This document shows positions 35,604 through 46,232 of a stretch of 64,000 bases of DNA, one piece after another. The position numbers and the translations under genes are program-made. Under the pieces are notes generated by a model that was not told the origin of the DNA, ran no database searches, and saw only the letters and a list, made by a program, of their open reading frames with translations. Numbering within the stretch: the stretch's first letter is position 1; every line of letters begins with the position of its first letter. Origin of the DNA: Prochlorococcus sp. AG-388-B05 (GTDB lineage: Bacteria; Cyanobacteriota; Cyanobacteriia; PCC-6307; Cyanobiaceae); the NCBI GenBank assembly GCA_003279925.1, contig QCGM01000008.1:6037-70036 (forward strand), given 5' to 3'.

Positions 35604-35675
35604 TGGGCGATACTGGATTCGAACCAGTGACCACTACCTTGTCGAGGTAATGCTCTACCGCTGAGCTAATCGCCC
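35604..35675 (-). tRNA. trnV: tRNA-Val (anticodon GAC), no encoded CCA
   Basis: I folded the cloverleaf by hand: GGGCGAT-TA-GCTC-AGCGGTA-GAGC-A-TTACC-TCGACAA-GGTAG-TGGTC-ACTGG-TTCGAAT-CCAGT-ATCGCCC-A. Position 33 reads C instead of the near-universal U. Confidence 0.85.
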
Positions 35676-35729
35676 TTTTGAAAAAGTTAAATATTTAACC
35701 TCCCTATATGAAAATAGCAGCTCAAGGAT

Positions 35730-36521
35730 TCATTTTCTAAGTAACTTAATTTTCCATCTTTCTCTTTTGGTTATTTCTAGATCTAGAATTTCAATAAACC
35801 CTCTGTTATCAAGTTGAAGTTTGTCGCCAACTTTCAAACTAATAGTACCTTTCTTTACTGTCTTACCATTTAGTTTAAGCATTCCAGTTTCTATCCTTTC
35901 CAAAATTTTGTTCCTAGAGATCCGGAAACCTGCAGAAGCTATTGCATCTATCCTTGTTGAAGCCTCTACCGTATTAATTATTTTTTTTGATCTCCCAACA
36001 GGTATTTGTAATTGATCTAAACCAACTATTTTTATTTTTACTTTTACATCCCTTAGGGAGAAAATCTTTTCATTTAAGAATTCAATTTTTGAATCGTCGA
36101 TTATTCCTTGAGCTCCTCTATCTCCTGTGGTCCAAATATCACCAATTCTTTCTTCCCTCAATCCATTATCCACTAATAAGGATCTAAAATCGTCCTGAGT
36201 TGCGTTGTCAAATAAAAAATTACCATTAATTTGAATACCTTTAGCAGGGAAATCTTTAATTAGTTCATTTTTCTCTGGGATATTATCTTCTCTAAAACAT
36301 GCAATCTTGGATCTTTGGGCTGAGTTATATCCTCCAAAAACAAAAAATTTAAAATCATTTAAATTTTCAAATTCTTTCAAAATTTCTTCACACACAAATG
36401 TCGAATTAAACCCGGTCCAATATGTTTGCCAATGTTTTAAAGATAAATTAGAAATATTTATTAATTCCCCAATTTCTTTTTTGTAATTTGAATTTATTAA
36501 TAATTCCTTCAAGTCAATCAT
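35730..36521 (-). CDS. S4-domain RNA-binding protein (YlmH / PSII S4-domain protein type)
   Basis: 263 aa. A C-terminal S4 motif (RIDAIASAGFRISRNKILERIETGMLKLNGK) follows a YlmH-like N-terminal domain. Confidence 0.75.
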   Translation of the reverse strand: MIDLKELLINSNYKKEIGELINISNLSLKHWQTYWTGFNSTFVCEEILKEFENLNDFKFFVFGGYNSAQRSKIACFREDNIPEKNELIKDFPAKGIQINGNFLFDNATQDDFRSLLVDNGLREERIGDIWTTGDRGAQGIIDDSKIEFLNEKIFSLRDVKVKIKIVGLDQLQIPVGRSKKIINTVEASTRIDAIASAGFRISRNKILERIETGMLKLNGKTVKKGTISLKVGDKLQLDNRGFIEILDLEITKRERWKIKLLRK

Positions 36522-37088
36522 TTAGCCTTCTAAAAAAATTATGTCTCTAGGGTCTGATTGTTTTATTAAAGCCCAGGGTAATTCAGTTCCTATTTGATTT
36601 TCAAGAAGAACCAGCCATTTACCTTCTTTATTGAAATCAATAATAGATCTCAACTCTTTATTTCTATTAACGTTAATACTTGCTGAAGATACAATGCTAC
36701 CTAAATATCCAGAGCCCATACCCAAAAGCCCACCCATAAATGATTCGCCTATATTGTTTAATCCAAGGAAGCTAAAAGTGGATAAGTTTGTCATATTAGA
36801 AAATGCTATGCCTGCTATAAAACCAAATGGCATAAGCCAGTTGCGCATATTTTCCTGCCTTATCTTTCTATCAAGTTTGGGATTTAGGATTCTTATGTTT
36901 TCAATTTCTTCAGATTTAAAGAAGCTATTTGTGGATAAATTCAATAATTGTTGTTGTTCAGGAGTTGTTTTTTCTTTAGATGGCAAAATTAATAAACATT
37001 CTGTTAGAAATACTGACTTATCCCTAAAAACATTTAATAGATCGAGACATTTTTCTAGCTCATTAAATATCACTATACTTTTAGTCAA
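36522..37088 (-). CDS. conserved hypothetical membrane-associated protein
   Basis: 188 aa. It abuts the downstream S4 gene with no gap. Gly-rich hydrophobic segments (FGFIAGIAF, GGLLGMGSGYLG) are present. Confidence 0.6.
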   Translation of the reverse strand: MTKSIVIFNELEKCLDLLNVFRDKSVFLTECLLILPSKEKTTPEQQQLLNLSTNSFFKSEEIENIRILNPKLDRKIRQENMRNWLMPFGFIAGIAFSNMTNLSTFSFLGLNNIGESFMGGLLGMGSGYLGSIVSSASINVNRNKELRSIIDFNKEGKWLVLLENQIGTELPWALIKQSDPRDIIFLEG

Positions 37089-37189
37089 TTTTCATGCCTC
37101 AAATGTTGGTTTGTTGATTCAAATTAATAAAATAAGATATCTCTACTATAGATTAAGTTAAAGTAAAAAATTAAAGAACAACTCTTTAA

Positions 37190-38776
37190 ATGACAAAAGT
37201 TCTAATTACAGACCCAATTGATCAAACGGGAATTGATATTCTTTCCCAAGTCGCTCAAGTTGATCAGAAGATAGGAATCTCGAACTCTGAATTGGCATCT
37301 ATTATCCATGATTATGATGCTCTTATGATTCGTTCTGGCACTCAAGTTACAGGAGATATTATTAATTCTTCTAAGAAACTAAGAATAATTGGTAGAGCTG
37401 GGGTTGGGGTAGATAATGTGGATGTTAAGGCGGCTACTCAAAAAGGGGTTCTTGTTGTAAATTCTCCGGGAGGTAATACCATAGCTGCTGCCGAGCATAC
37501 AATTGCAATGATGTTGGCATTATCAAGAAATATACCAATTGCTAACAGTAGTACTTTTTTGGGTAAATGGGAAAGAAAAAAATTTGTTGGTAATGAGTTG
37601 TTTAAGAAAAAGCTAGGTGTTGTAGGTTTAGGAAAAATAGGAACTCATGTCGCAAAAGTTGCTAATGCTCTTGGAATGGATGTTTATGGATATGATCCAT
37701 TTGTTTCTTCAGAAAGAGCGCAACAATTACAGGTCAGATTGTCCGAATTGAAAACATTATTTGAGGAATCTGATTATGTAACTTTACATTTGCCGAGGAC
37801 TGCAGAAACAGAAAACTTAGTAGATATGAAGGTGCTTAAAAGTATGAAAAGAAATGCAAAATTAATAAACTGTGCGCGTGGTGGAATAATTGATGAAGAA
37901 GCTTTAGCTGAGGCACTTAATAATTCATTGATAGGTGGAGCAGCTATTGATGTTTTTGCTAAAGAGCCATTAGACTCCAATTCGCCATTACTTAAAGTTG
38001 ATAAAAATTTAATCCTTACTCCTCATTTAGGAGCATCAACTAGGGAGGCACAAGAGAATGTTGCTGTGGATGTTGCTGAACAAATAAGAGATGTTCTTTT
38101 GGGACTTTCTGCACGAACAGCAGTAAATATTCCGGGTTTAAGTCCTGATATTATGGATAGCCTTAAACCTCATTTACAATTAGCTGAAACAATGGGCCTT
38201 TTAATAAGCCAACTTTCTGGAGGACAAATTCAAAAGTTAGAAGTAAGGCTTCAAGGTGAATTTGTGCAGCACCCTTCACAGCCTTTAATCATAGCCAGTT
38301 TAAAAGGTCTATTAAGTAAAGCTCTAGGTGATGGAATAAATTATGTTAACGCTTCTCTTGAAGCAGAGTCTAGAGGTATTTCAGTAATTGAAAGTAAAGA
38401 TGAGGCTAGACCGGAATTTGCTAGCGGTTCACTTCAATTAACTACATTTGGAGATAATGGTGAACATAGTGTTGCCGGAAGCATTTTTGCTGATGGCGAA
38501 TTGAGAATAATTAGCATTGATCAATATCCAGTTAATGTTTCTCCAAGTAGATTTATGCTTATAACTAGGCATAGAGATATGCCTGGCATTATTGGAAAGT
38601 TAGGTTCCCTCCTAGGGGACCACAATGTCAATATTGCCTCAATGCAAGTTGGTAGGAAAATTGTCAGAGGAGAGGCTGTTATGGTTTTAAGTATAGATGA
38701 TCCTATTCCTACAAATTTGCTTGAGTCAATTCTTGAAGTTGAGGGCATCACTAGTTCTGATCCAGTAACTTTATAA
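37190..38776 (+). CDS. serA: D-3-phosphoglycerate dehydrogenase (long form with ASB and ACT domains)
   Basis: 528 aa. It has the GVVGLGKIG NAD motif, catalytic R/E/H context (PHLGAST) and a C-terminal ACT domain. Confidence 0.95.
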   Translation: MTKVLITDPIDQTGIDILSQVAQVDQKIGISNSELASIIHDYDALMIRSGTQVTGDIINSSKKLRIIGRAGVGVDNVDVKAATQKGVLVVNSPGGNTIAAAEHTIAMMLALSRNIPIANSSTFLGKWERKKFVGNELFKKKLGVVGLGKIGTHVAKVANALGMDVYGYDPFVSSERAQQLQVRLSELKTLFEESDYVTLHLPRTAETENLVDMKVLKSMKRNAKLINCARGGIIDEEALAEALNNSLIGGAAIDVFAKEPLDSNSPLLKVDKNLILTPHLGASTREAQENVAVDVAEQIRDVLLGLSARTAVNIPGLSPDIMDSLKPHLQLAETMGLLISQLSGGQIQKLEVRLQGEFVQHPSQPLIIASLKGLLSKALGDGINYVNASLEAESRGISVIESKDEARPEFASGSLQLTTFGDNGEHSVAGSIFADGELRIISIDQYPVNVSPSRFMLITRHRDMPGIIGKLGSLLGDHNVNIASMQVGRKIVRGEAVMVLSIDDPIPTNLLESILEVEGITSSDPVTL

Positions 38777-38792
38777 ATAATTTGAGTAGTTA

Positions 38793-39695
38793 ATGGAAAT
38801 AAAAAATTGGTTTGAACTTACCTTTGAAATAGAAACTAATTTAGAAGAAATTATTATTTGGAAATTAAATGACTTAGGTATATCTAGTTACGCATTTGAA
38901 ATTTTATTAAATAATAAAAATAATAAAAAAGTAATAATTTGGCTTCCAAATTTAAATTGGTCAGAAAGCTTAAGAATTAAACTTGTAAGAAATATTAAAG
39001 AGGTTTTAGATAAAAATAGTTATCAAACCAATTGTTTTGAGTGGAATCTTATTGAACAGGAAGATTGGATATCAAGCTGGAAGAAATATTGGGTACCTGA
39101 ACTTGTAGGGGATAACTTACTTGTATTACCTTGTTGGCTTGAATTACCAGAGGAATATAAAAATAAGAAAGTTATTAAAATAGATCCTGGAGCGGCTTTT
39201 GGTACAGGAAGTCATCCTACGACATCTCTTTGCTTAGAAGAATTGGAAAAGATTTCATTATCTAGTAAGAAAATACTAGATATAGGTTCAGGCAGCGGTA
39301 TTCTTAGTATTGCTGCTAAATGTTTTGGTGCAAACGAAATTTATGCTTTAGATAATGATTATCTGGCTATAAATTCAACGGAATCTAATTTTCGGCTAAA
39401 TTTCGGCACACTAGATGATCTAAAGACTTTTCTTGGACCATTTGATTCATTGGTTTCAAAATATACATTGAAAAATTTTGATTTTATTTTGTGTAATATT
39501 CTTGCAGAAGTTATAAAAGGCATAATCCCTGACATTCGTAATTGCCTTAAAATTGATGGAGAAGTAATTTTAAGTGGGATCTTGAATTCACAAAAAGATG
39601 AAATTATTAAATTATTAAATGCTAGTAATTTGCGAATAAATGATGTATCTTCTAAAAAAGATTGGGTGTGCATTACAGCACAAAAAATCCCCTAA
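38793..39695 (+). CDS. prmA: ribosomal protein L11 methyltransferase
   Basis: 300 aa. Motifs are [15 protein letters not shown] and [13 protein letters not shown]. Confidence 0.9.
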   Translation: MEIKNWFELTFEIETNLEEIIIWKLNDLGISSYAFEILLNNKNNKKVIIWLPNLNWSESLRIKLVRNIKEVLDKNSYQTNCFEWNLIEQEDWISSWKKYWVPELVGDNLLVLPCWLELPEEYKNKKVIKIDPGAAFGTGSHPTTSLCLEELEKISLSSKKILDIGSGSGILSIAAKCFGANEIYALDNDYLAINSTESNFRLNFGTLDDLKTFLGPFDSLVSKYTLKNFDFILCNILAEVIKGIIPDIRNCLKIDGEVILSGILNSQKDEIIKLLNASNLRINDVSSKKDWVCITAQKIP

Positions 39696-39838
39696 TCTTA
39701 TAGATACATAAGTTTTTCTAATGTAACCCCCTTTTCTCATTGCTTTGTTTCATTTTTTACACCCATTACACACAAATGCTTGCAAACAATGTTAAAAAAG
39801 TATTAACGGTAATTATTACCATCAATTTTTAATTTTAA

Positions 39839-40138
39839 ATGGCTTCTTACAAAGTTACACTTATCAGTGAAAGTGAAGGTCTCAATTCTACGATTGAAGT
39901 ACCTGACGATCAGTACATTCTAGACGCTGCTGAAGAACAAGGCGTTGATCTTCCGTATTCATGCAGAGCAGGAGCTTGTTCTACTTGTGCGGGTAAAATC
40001 ACATCGGGAACTGTGGATCAATCTGATCAAAGTTTTTTAGATGATGATCAACTAGAAGCTGGTTTTGTCCTTACCTGTGTAGCATATCCATCTTCAGATG
40101 TAACAATTACTACTCATGCTGAAGAAGAGCTTTATTAA
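39839..40138 (+). CDS. petF: plant-type [2Fe-2S] ferredoxin
   Basis: 99 aa. MASYKVTL... is followed by the cluster ligands [11 protein letters not shown] ... LTCV. Confidence 0.95.
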   Translation: MASYKVTLISESEGLNSTIEVPDDQYILDAAEEQGVDLPYSCRAGACSTCAGKITSGTVDQSDQSFLDDDQLEAGFVLTCVAYPSSDVTITTHAEEELY

Positions 40139-40182
40139 TTATAAAAAATAACTTTAGTTAGTTGTTTTATTAAAATTTTTCT

Positions 40183-40212
40183 GCCATTCTCATATGAGGT
40201 GGCTTTTTTTTT
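40183..40212 (+). terminator. Rho-independent terminator of petF
   Basis: GCCATTCTC-atat-GAGGTGGC hairpin followed by a run of 9 T. Confidence 0.7.
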
Positions 40213-40219
40213 GCGATAA

Positions 40220-40585
40220 ATGAATAAATTTGAATTTTTTAAAACCGATGCAATTCAATCAAGTTACGGTGGTCAATTCAGTTATAAAGTCATTGGACCA
40301 TGTTGCAGGCTATATGACAGAGAAGAGTTGCCTTGGCCTTGTTCTAGGCTGGCCTGGCGCAGTAAAGAGCCAAGTTGGAGAAGAATAGGAGCTAGATTTG
40401 TCGCAGATATGGCCTCAAGGAAATGTCCATCGTATTCAGTTCAAATTTTAGAACCAGGATCAAAACCTGTTGAAACGGTAATAACACTATTCTCAAAGAA
40501 GTTTTCTTCAGAAATTCAAGAATGGTGGTATAGCAAAAAACCAGGCTCAAAAGAGCCTGGTAATGTTTTGCCAGAAAGTATTTAA
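40220..40585 (+). CDS. conserved hypothetical protein (121 aa), Trp/Arg/Pro-rich
   Basis: Track ORF that is locally GC-richer than its surroundings. Its last 50 nt contain the terminator of the convergent gene. Confidence 0.5.
   Translation: MNKFEFFKTDAIQSSYGGQFSYKVIGPCCRLYDREELPWPCSRLAWRSKEPSWRRIGARFVADMASRKCPSYSVQILEPGSKPVETVITLFSKKFSSEIQEWWYSKKPGSKEPGNVLPESI
40535..40560 (-). terminator. Rho-independent terminator of the pentapeptide-repeat gene
   Basis: Minus strand: CCAGGCTC-tttt-GAGCCTGG (perfect 8 bp) followed by TTTTTT, 34 nt past the stop at 40594. Confidence 0.65.
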
Positions 40586-40593
40586 AGTATTTT

Positions 40594-41172
40594 TTAAGCT
40601 TTTGGTTTTGGAGGCATATAACCTTTTAAACCTGAGCATTCAAGACTCTCGAAAGTATCAACACCTGTCTGTGAATTTGTTCCAGAGGCCCTTTCGCATA
40701 ATGATTTTCTTGTTTTTAAATCAAGATTCGCATTAGTAAAGTCTGCTCCATCTATAGTTGCTCCGTCGAAAACACTTTTCATAAGCTCGCCATTTGTCAG
40801 ATTTGCGTCTGAAAAATCAGCATTATCAAAACGAGTTGCATAGGCAATAAGATCTTTCATATTGGCGCCTTTGAAACTAGAGTTCTTTGCAGTTGTTACG
40901 CTCATATATGCGCCTTGTAGGTTGGCTTCACCTAAATCTTGATTAGATAAATCATATTTTACATATTCATTATTTTGAAGATCTGCACCATGAAGATCTT
41001 CTTTCAATCCATCTACTGATGAAGGATCACTGGGATAAAGCGCATTTACAGATATTGGATTAAGGAGTAAACCAATAATCAATGGAAGAAAAATAAGAAG
41101 CCTTTTGAAAGACTTGTTTAGTGATGAAAAAATAGAAACCATTTCGATCGACATCAAATTAAAAAAAACCAT
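40594..41172 (-). CDS. pentapeptide-repeat protein with an N-terminal signal/TM segment (lumenal/periplasmic type)
   Basis: 192 aa with repeated A(D/N)LxG/ANLxN pentads (ADLQN, ANLQG, ANMKD, ADFSD, ANLTN, ADFTN). Confidence 0.85.
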   Translation of the reverse strand: MVFFNLMSIEMVSIFSSLNKSFKRLLIFLPLIIGLLLNPISVNALYPSDPSSVDGLKEDLHGADLQNNEYVKYDLSNQDLGEANLQGAYMSVTTAKNSSFKGANMKDLIAYATRFDNADFSDANLTNGELMKSVFDGATIDGADFTNANLDLKTRKSLCERASGTNSQTGVDTFESLECSGLKGYMPPKPKA

Positions 41173-41231
41173 ATGACTATTATTTCATGGGTTGGTCATT
41201 TACAACCCTACTGCTCACGAACTGTTGCAGT

Positions 41232-42170
41232 TTATTTAATTTCTGCAGTCAAAAAATCTTTTGCAAGATAAGTATTAGGGAATATTTTTTGAGCTTCGTT
41301 TAGCAAATCGCTTGGCTTTATTGGACTTCTTTGAGTATATCTAGGACTTAAATGTGTGATAATAAGTTTCTTAGCGTTAGATAATAGTGCAGTTTTTGCC
41401 GCCATTATTGTTGTCGAATGTAATTTTTCGTAAGCCATTTTTTCATCTTCTTTGGAAAAAGTAGATTCATGGACTAACAAATCAGCATTTTTGGATAGAT
41501 TCACTGCTGATTCGCTAAAAACTGTATCTGTACAATAAACAAAACTTTCACCTTTTCTTGGGGGACCACAGAACTCTTTCCCATTAAAAGATCTACCATC
41601 TTTCAATTCAACTGTTTTTCCTGATTGTAATTCTGAATATATAGGTCCAGGCGGTATTTTAAAATCTTTTGCTTTTTTGATATCGAATATCCCTGGCTTA
41701 TCTTTTTCGCTTACACGATATCCATAGGCAGGTAGTCTATGTTTGAGGCAGGCACAATGTACTTGTATTTTATCGCTTTCAAATAAAACTTTATTTAGGG
41801 AGGCGAAATCTTCAACTTCTATAAAACGCAAAGGGAATGACAATTTGCAATAACTATTATTAAGTACCGAAATTACAAAATTCCTTAACTCTGAAGGACC
41901 ATAAATTTCAATACCATTACTATTCCCCGATAAACCTAATGTAGCTAAAAGACCTGGTAAACCATAAATATGATCACCATGCATATGAGTAATAAATATC
42001 TTTTTAATTTGTGAAGACTTAATATTACTCTTCATTAGTTGATGCTGTGTTCCTTCTCCGCAATCAAAAAGCCATACTTCAGCCGTTTGAGATAATTTAA
42101 GGGCTAAGGAAGAGACATTTCTTGTTAAGGTTGGCACCCCAGAGCTTGTTCCCAAGAAAGTGATATTCAC
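41232..42170 (-). CDS. rnz: ribonuclease Z
   Basis: 312 aa. [10 protein letters not shown] and HMHGDH identify the metallo-beta-lactamase fold, and the overall pattern fits a tRNA 3' endonuclease. Confidence 0.9.
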   Translation of the reverse strand: MNITFLGTSSGVPTLTRNVSSLALKLSQTAEVWLFDCGEGTQHQLMKSNIKSSQIKKIFITHMHGDHIYGLPGLLATLGLSGNSNGIEIYGPSELRNFVISVLNNSYCKLSFPLRFIEVEDFASLNKVLFESDKIQVHCACLKHRLPAYGYRVSEKDKPGIFDIKKAKDFKIPPGPIYSELQSGKTVELKDGRSFNGKEFCGPPRKGESFVYCTDTVFSESAVNLSKNADLLVHESTFSKEDEKMAYEKLHSTTIMAAKTALLSNAKKLIITHLSPRYTQRSPIKPSDLLNEAQKIFPNTYLAKDFLTAEIK

Positions 42171-42258
42171 TTTTGATGTTATTTTTATTTTATTATCTAG
42201 ATTAAATCTAGACTTTTAGTCAGACTTAGGCAAATGCAAAATTTGTTTTTCAAACATA

Positions 42259-43644
42259 GTGATTTTTAAAATTATAAAAAATTCTCATAAATTTTATTTA
42301 ATAGGGATAATAATTTTTTGTGTTTTCCAAAATCACTCTGTATCTGCTGCCAGAGAGCCCTTGATAAGGGTTCTAATATCAAAAAACAGAAATTTAAGGA
42401 TAAGATCTGATAGGTCAATTCCATTAATTATCAAAGGACAAAAATTTTCAGATAAAAAAATTAAAGGTTTAACTTTAAAAAAAGAAAGTAATAGAACAAC
42501 AATATCTTTTGATAAGAATAAACAAAAAATCTATGATTTAAAAAATAAAGCAAAAATTGTAGTTAAATCTTCTGATGGAAGAGGTATTTGGGTCGGTCAG
42601 AAAAGATACTCAGGTAAACTTAATCTCTACATACTTGATTCTGAAATATTAGTGATTAATATCCTTGGGATTGAGAAGTATCTTAGTAGTGTTGTAGGCT
42701 CAGAAATGCCAGCTAAATGGCCTTTGGAAGCATTAAAAGCTCAAGCTATTGCTTCAAGGACTTATGCTTTGAAGCAAAAAGGCAATTCTCTTTATGATAT
42801 TGATTCAACAAATAAGAATCAAGTCTATAGTGGGCTAGAGGCTAGAACTTATAAAACCATAAGCGCAGTTAGAAGTACAAGATCATTAGTTTTGACATAT
42901 AAAAATAAATTGATTAATGCCTTATTTCATAGTAGTTCAGGAGGTATGACTGAAAATAGCCAAGATGTTTGGAAGAATGAGTATCCATATTTATCTAGTG
43001 TTAAAGATTTTGATAAAAATAATCCAAAATTAAGATGGCAGAAAAAATTCTCAAATGAAGAATTAAAAAGCTTGTTTCCTAAAATTGGTGGGATAAAAAA
43101 AATTGAGATTCAAAATCTAACTAATACTGGGAGAGTAAAGAATGTAAAACTATTGGGATATTATGGTTCTGATCAAATGTCGGGAGTTGATATTAGAAAA
43201 AAATTGAATCTTAAAAGTAATTTTGTGAGATTTAAATTTATTGAAGATAATGAAATTGAATCTAATAACAATAATTCCAAACTATTAACAACTAATAAAT
43301 TTGAAGATGAACCTCTAGCCTATTTTGTTAAACCTGGGGATAATTTGAATGATATTGCTTATAAGTACAACGTAAATGTTTATGAAATAATTGACTTAAA
43401 TAGTATTAAAGATTCTTCATTAATTAACATAAATCAAAAATTATTAATTCCAAGAAATAGCTCTAATTCATCATCAACTGTAGAAAAAACTTTAGTTGTT
43501 TCAGGATATGGATCTGGTCATGGTGTGGGAATGAGTCAATGGGGTGCAAGATATATGGCTTCCAAAGGTCAAAAAGCAGAAAGAATATTAAAACATTTTT
43601 ATAAGGGAGTAAGAATTAAACCGTTTAGCAAAAATTACTTATAA
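42259..43644 (+). CDS. SpoIID/LytB-domain protein with an internal LysM domain
   Basis: 461 aa. EALKAQAIASRTYAL and HSSSGGMTEN are SpoIID motifs. The LysM segment is YFVKPGDNLNDIAYKYNVNVYEIIDLN. Confidence 0.85.
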   Translation: MIFKIIKNSHKFYLIGIIIFCVFQNHSVSAAREPLIRVLISKNRNLRIRSDRSIPLIIKGQKFSDKKIKGLTLKKESNRTTISFDKNKQKIYDLKNKAKIVVKSSDGRGIWVGQKRYSGKLNLYILDSEILVINILGIEKYLSSVVGSEMPAKWPLEALKAQAIASRTYALKQKGNSLYDIDSTNKNQVYSGLEARTYKTISAVRSTRSLVLTYKNKLINALFHSSSGGMTENSQDVWKNEYPYLSSVKDFDKNNPKLRWQKKFSNEELKSLFPKIGGIKKIEIQNLTNTGRVKNVKLLGYYGSDQMSGVDIRKKLNLKSNFVRFKFIEDNEIESNNNNSKLLTTNKFEDEPLAYFVKPGDNLNDIAYKYNVNVYEIIDLNSIKDSSLININQKLLIPRNSSNSSSTVEKTLVVSGYGSGHGVGMSQWGARYMASKGQKAERILKHFYKGVRIKPFSKNYL

Positions 43645-43648
43645 AAAA

Positions 43649-44566
43649 TTATTTTGCATTAAGAACTAATTTGGGATGTAATGTAGTTTTTTCTTCATTA
43701 ATAAAACCCATTCCTAAAAGGATTTTGTTATCGTCAATAATTTTTATTGGTTTTTTGTAATCAAAAGAGCGGCTTTTAACAAAATTATTAGCATCAAATT
43801 TAATTATTCTTCCAGTTTGCCAAAAGTTAATTTCTTCTTGATTAGCTAAAACTAGTGTTGAAATATGATCAAGAGCAGAAATTGTGGGAATAATAAAAGG
43901 CGCTTTTTTGTTTTTAAGATCACTTAGATCAGATATCTTTATAGAATTTTTCTCATGGAATCCACAAGCCGAAATCCTTTTAAGTTTCAAAAGACAACCC
44001 TCAGAATCTAAGATCCCGCCCAAATCTCTAGCGATGGATCTTATATAAGTTCCTGAGGAACAAGACACTTTTATTTCTAATATTCCATTTATTTGATCCC
44101 ATTTGTTTAGAACTAATTCTTCTATTTCTACCTCTTTTGGTTTTAATTCAAATTCCTCATTTTTAAAAGCTTTTTTGTATGCTCTTTCTCCATTAACGTG
44201 AACACTAGATACTCTGGGAGGTACTTGTTGGATAATACCTCTGAAGTTATTTAAATATTTATCTAATTGCTTATGGCTCAAAACAGGCCAATCTTTTTTG
44301 TTAAGAATTTCGCCTTGCATATCATCAGTTTTTGTTCTTATGCCTAATTGGATTTGGCCAATATAGGTTTTGCCTTGAGGTAAATATTGAATAAATCTTG
44401 TAGCACTGCCTATCGCAATTGGTAAAGTACCTGTTACATCGGGATCTAAAGTACCTGTGTGACCAACTTTTTTGGTACCTAATAATTTCCTTATTTTTTT
44501 AACGCAATCATGAGAGGTAAATCCTTTCTCTTTATTTATTGCTATAAATCCATCTTTAATTTCCAT
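43649..44566 (-). CDS. truB: tRNA pseudouridine(55) synthase
   Basis: 305 aa. [15 protein letters not shown] and the catalytic GHTGTLDP motif are present. Confidence 0.9.
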   Translation of the reverse strand: MEIKDGFIAINKEKGFTSHDCVKKIRKLLGTKKVGHTGTLDPDVTGTLPIAIGSATRFIQYLPQGKTYIGQIQLGIRTKTDDMQGEILNKKDWPVLSHKQLDKYLNNFRGIIQQVPPRVSSVHVNGERAYKKAFKNEEFELKPKEVEIEELVLNKWDQINGILEIKVSCSSGTYIRSIARDLGGILDSEGCLLKLKRISACGFHEKNSIKISDLSDLKNKKAPFIIPTISALDHISTLVLANQEEINFWQTGRIIKFDANNFVKSRSFDYKKPIKIIDDNKILLGMGFINEEKTTLHPKLVLNAK

Positions 44567-44643
44567 TTTAATATTAAGATTCCTATGAGAACTATTTCTT
44601 ACTATTTTATTATTTTTAAATAAGGAATTATTAAAGTAAGAAA

Positions 44644-45381
44644 TTGAAAAAAGATGATTTCATAATAAAAGAATTTATAGATGATGCTTTTGATTTGAAA
44701 TCACACTTAATGGAATTTTTGTCTATCGAGCAGGGTGATTTGGATGGGTTCCTCGAAAACGCAAAGATGGATTTAGCCAATCTTCATCCCGGGGGTAGTT
44801 TAAGTGAGGCTGAAGACTTTTATAAAGAAATTGTTGGAGATAAGCATTTGGCAGATTTGGCCGCCTGGCATATTTCAAGTAAGGATTATATTGCTGACAC
44901 GTTAAAACTTCAGCAGAGATTTTCAAGAAATTTGGTCTTAGATTTTGGAGGAGGGATTGGTACTCATGCTTTAGCTAATGCAATGTCTACAAAGGTTGAG
45001 CATGTCTTTTTCGTTGATATTAATAAAACAAATAGAGATTTTGTTGAATATAGGTCTAAAAAACTAGGTGTGGATAATAAACTCACTTTTTGTAAAACAA
45101 TTCAGGAAACAAAAATATCTAGATTTGATACTATTGTATGCCTTGATGTATTAGAGCATTTATCTGATCCGGCTTTTCATCTTGATACCTTTCATAAAAT
45201 TATGGGTCCTAACTCAATTGGATTATTTAATTGGTATTTTTACAAGGGAGAAAATAATGAATATCCTTTTCACGTTGATGATGAGCAAATTGTTGAACAA
45301 TTTTTTAAGACTCTACAATTAAAATTTGTAGAAGTGTTTCATCCTATTCTTATTACGACAAGATCTTATAAAAAGAATTAA
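44644..45381 (+). CDS. class I SAM-dependent methyltransferase
   Basis: 245 aa. Motif I is [13 protein letters not shown], followed by CLDVLEHL. The 3' end overlaps the rpmA stop by 4 nt (convergent). Confidence 0.75.
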
Positions 45382-45638
45382 AGAACTACATTTACTCTTT
45401 TTCTGTTTCTTAAATTCCTTTTGATACTGTCAAAGCTTACAGTTCCTTCTTTTAGTGCGAAAAGTGTATCATCTTTTCCTTTACCTACATTAATTCCTGG
45501 TAAAAAAGAAGTACCTCTTTGACGGATTATGATAGACCCTGCTGATACTTTTTCTCCTCCGTAAGCTTTAACTCCGAGTCTTTTAGAATTTGAATCTCTT
45601 CCATTTCTGGTTGATCCGGTACCTTTTTTATGTGCCAT
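45378..45638 (-). CDS. rpmA: 50S ribosomal protein L27
   Basis: 86 aa beginning [24 protein letters not shown]. Confidence 0.95.
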
Positions 45639-45647
45639 TAGTAAAAG

Positions 45648-46088
45648 TTAGTTTTCAGGATTTGAGGCCTTTGGGCTAGTACTCTTTTTTTTAACTTCAG
45701 TTTTTGAAGATGTTTTTGGAGTACTGTTTGTAATTGATATAGATTTTACCATAACTCTTGTAAGCTCTTGTCTGTGGCCCATTTTTCTACGTGTCTTCTT
45801 TTTAGGACGCATTTTATATACGATTATTTTCTTATCTCTTTTATGAGAAACAACTTCTAGTTCAATTTTTGCATTTTTTACGTAAGGCTGACCAAGTGAA
45901 ATATTATCTTTATCTTTTATTAGGAGAATTTTATCAATAGTAATTTTATCTTTTTCTTTAGCATTTAACCTGTCAATATCATAATATTTATCAACTTCAA
46001 ACCAGAATTGTTGGCCTGATGTCTCAGCTATTGCATACAAATTTTCATTGTTTGCAGAACTGTTAGAAGATTTTTTGGAAGTAGTCAT
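45648..46088 (-). CDS. rplU: 50S ribosomal protein L21 (with N- and C-terminal extensions)
   Basis: 146 aa. The core YAIAETSGQQFW...VVSHKRDKKIIVYKMRPKK is L21, flanked by Ser/Lys-rich extensions. Confidence 0.9.
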   Translation of the reverse strand: MTTSKKSSNSSANNENLYAIAETSGQQFWFEVDKYYDIDRLNAKEKDKITIDKILLIKDKDNISLGQPYVKNAKIELEVVSHKRDKKIIVYKMRPKKKTRRKMGHRQELTRVMVKSISITNSTPKTSSKTEVKKKSTSPKASNPEN

Positions 46089-46232
46089 ATAATGAGGACG
46101 CCGAGAGGCTCAAATTTATTAATTTGATTAAGCCTTTTTAGCAGTCTTGAATGTATAGTTATCTTCTTATTTTATAGTGTAATTAGTCAAGGTTTATTAT
46201 TAAATTCTTTCATTAAACTTGAGGTTTTACAA

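Noticed and set aside
34900-35730. Possible integrative element (tycheposon or island integrase) next to tRNA-Val.
   Set aside because: No tyrosine or serine recombinase-like ORF is present, and I saw no direct repeat of the tRNA 3' end anywhere in the window.
36631-37161. 176-aa plus-strand ORF antisense to the 188-aa gene 36522..37088.
   Set aside because: The translation is low-complexity and Ser/Leu/Ile/Phe-rich, typical of antisense frames. The minus-strand ORF abuts the S4-domain gene with zero spacing and looks protein-like.
40220-40585. The GC-rich stretch might be a structured RNA gene (SRP, RNase P or 6S) rather than a CDS.
   Set aside because: I found none of the hallmark motifs I know, such as GAGGAAAGUCC for RNase P or the SRP GGAA tetraloop context. 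An uninterrupted 121-codon frame in an AT-rich genome favours a CDS.
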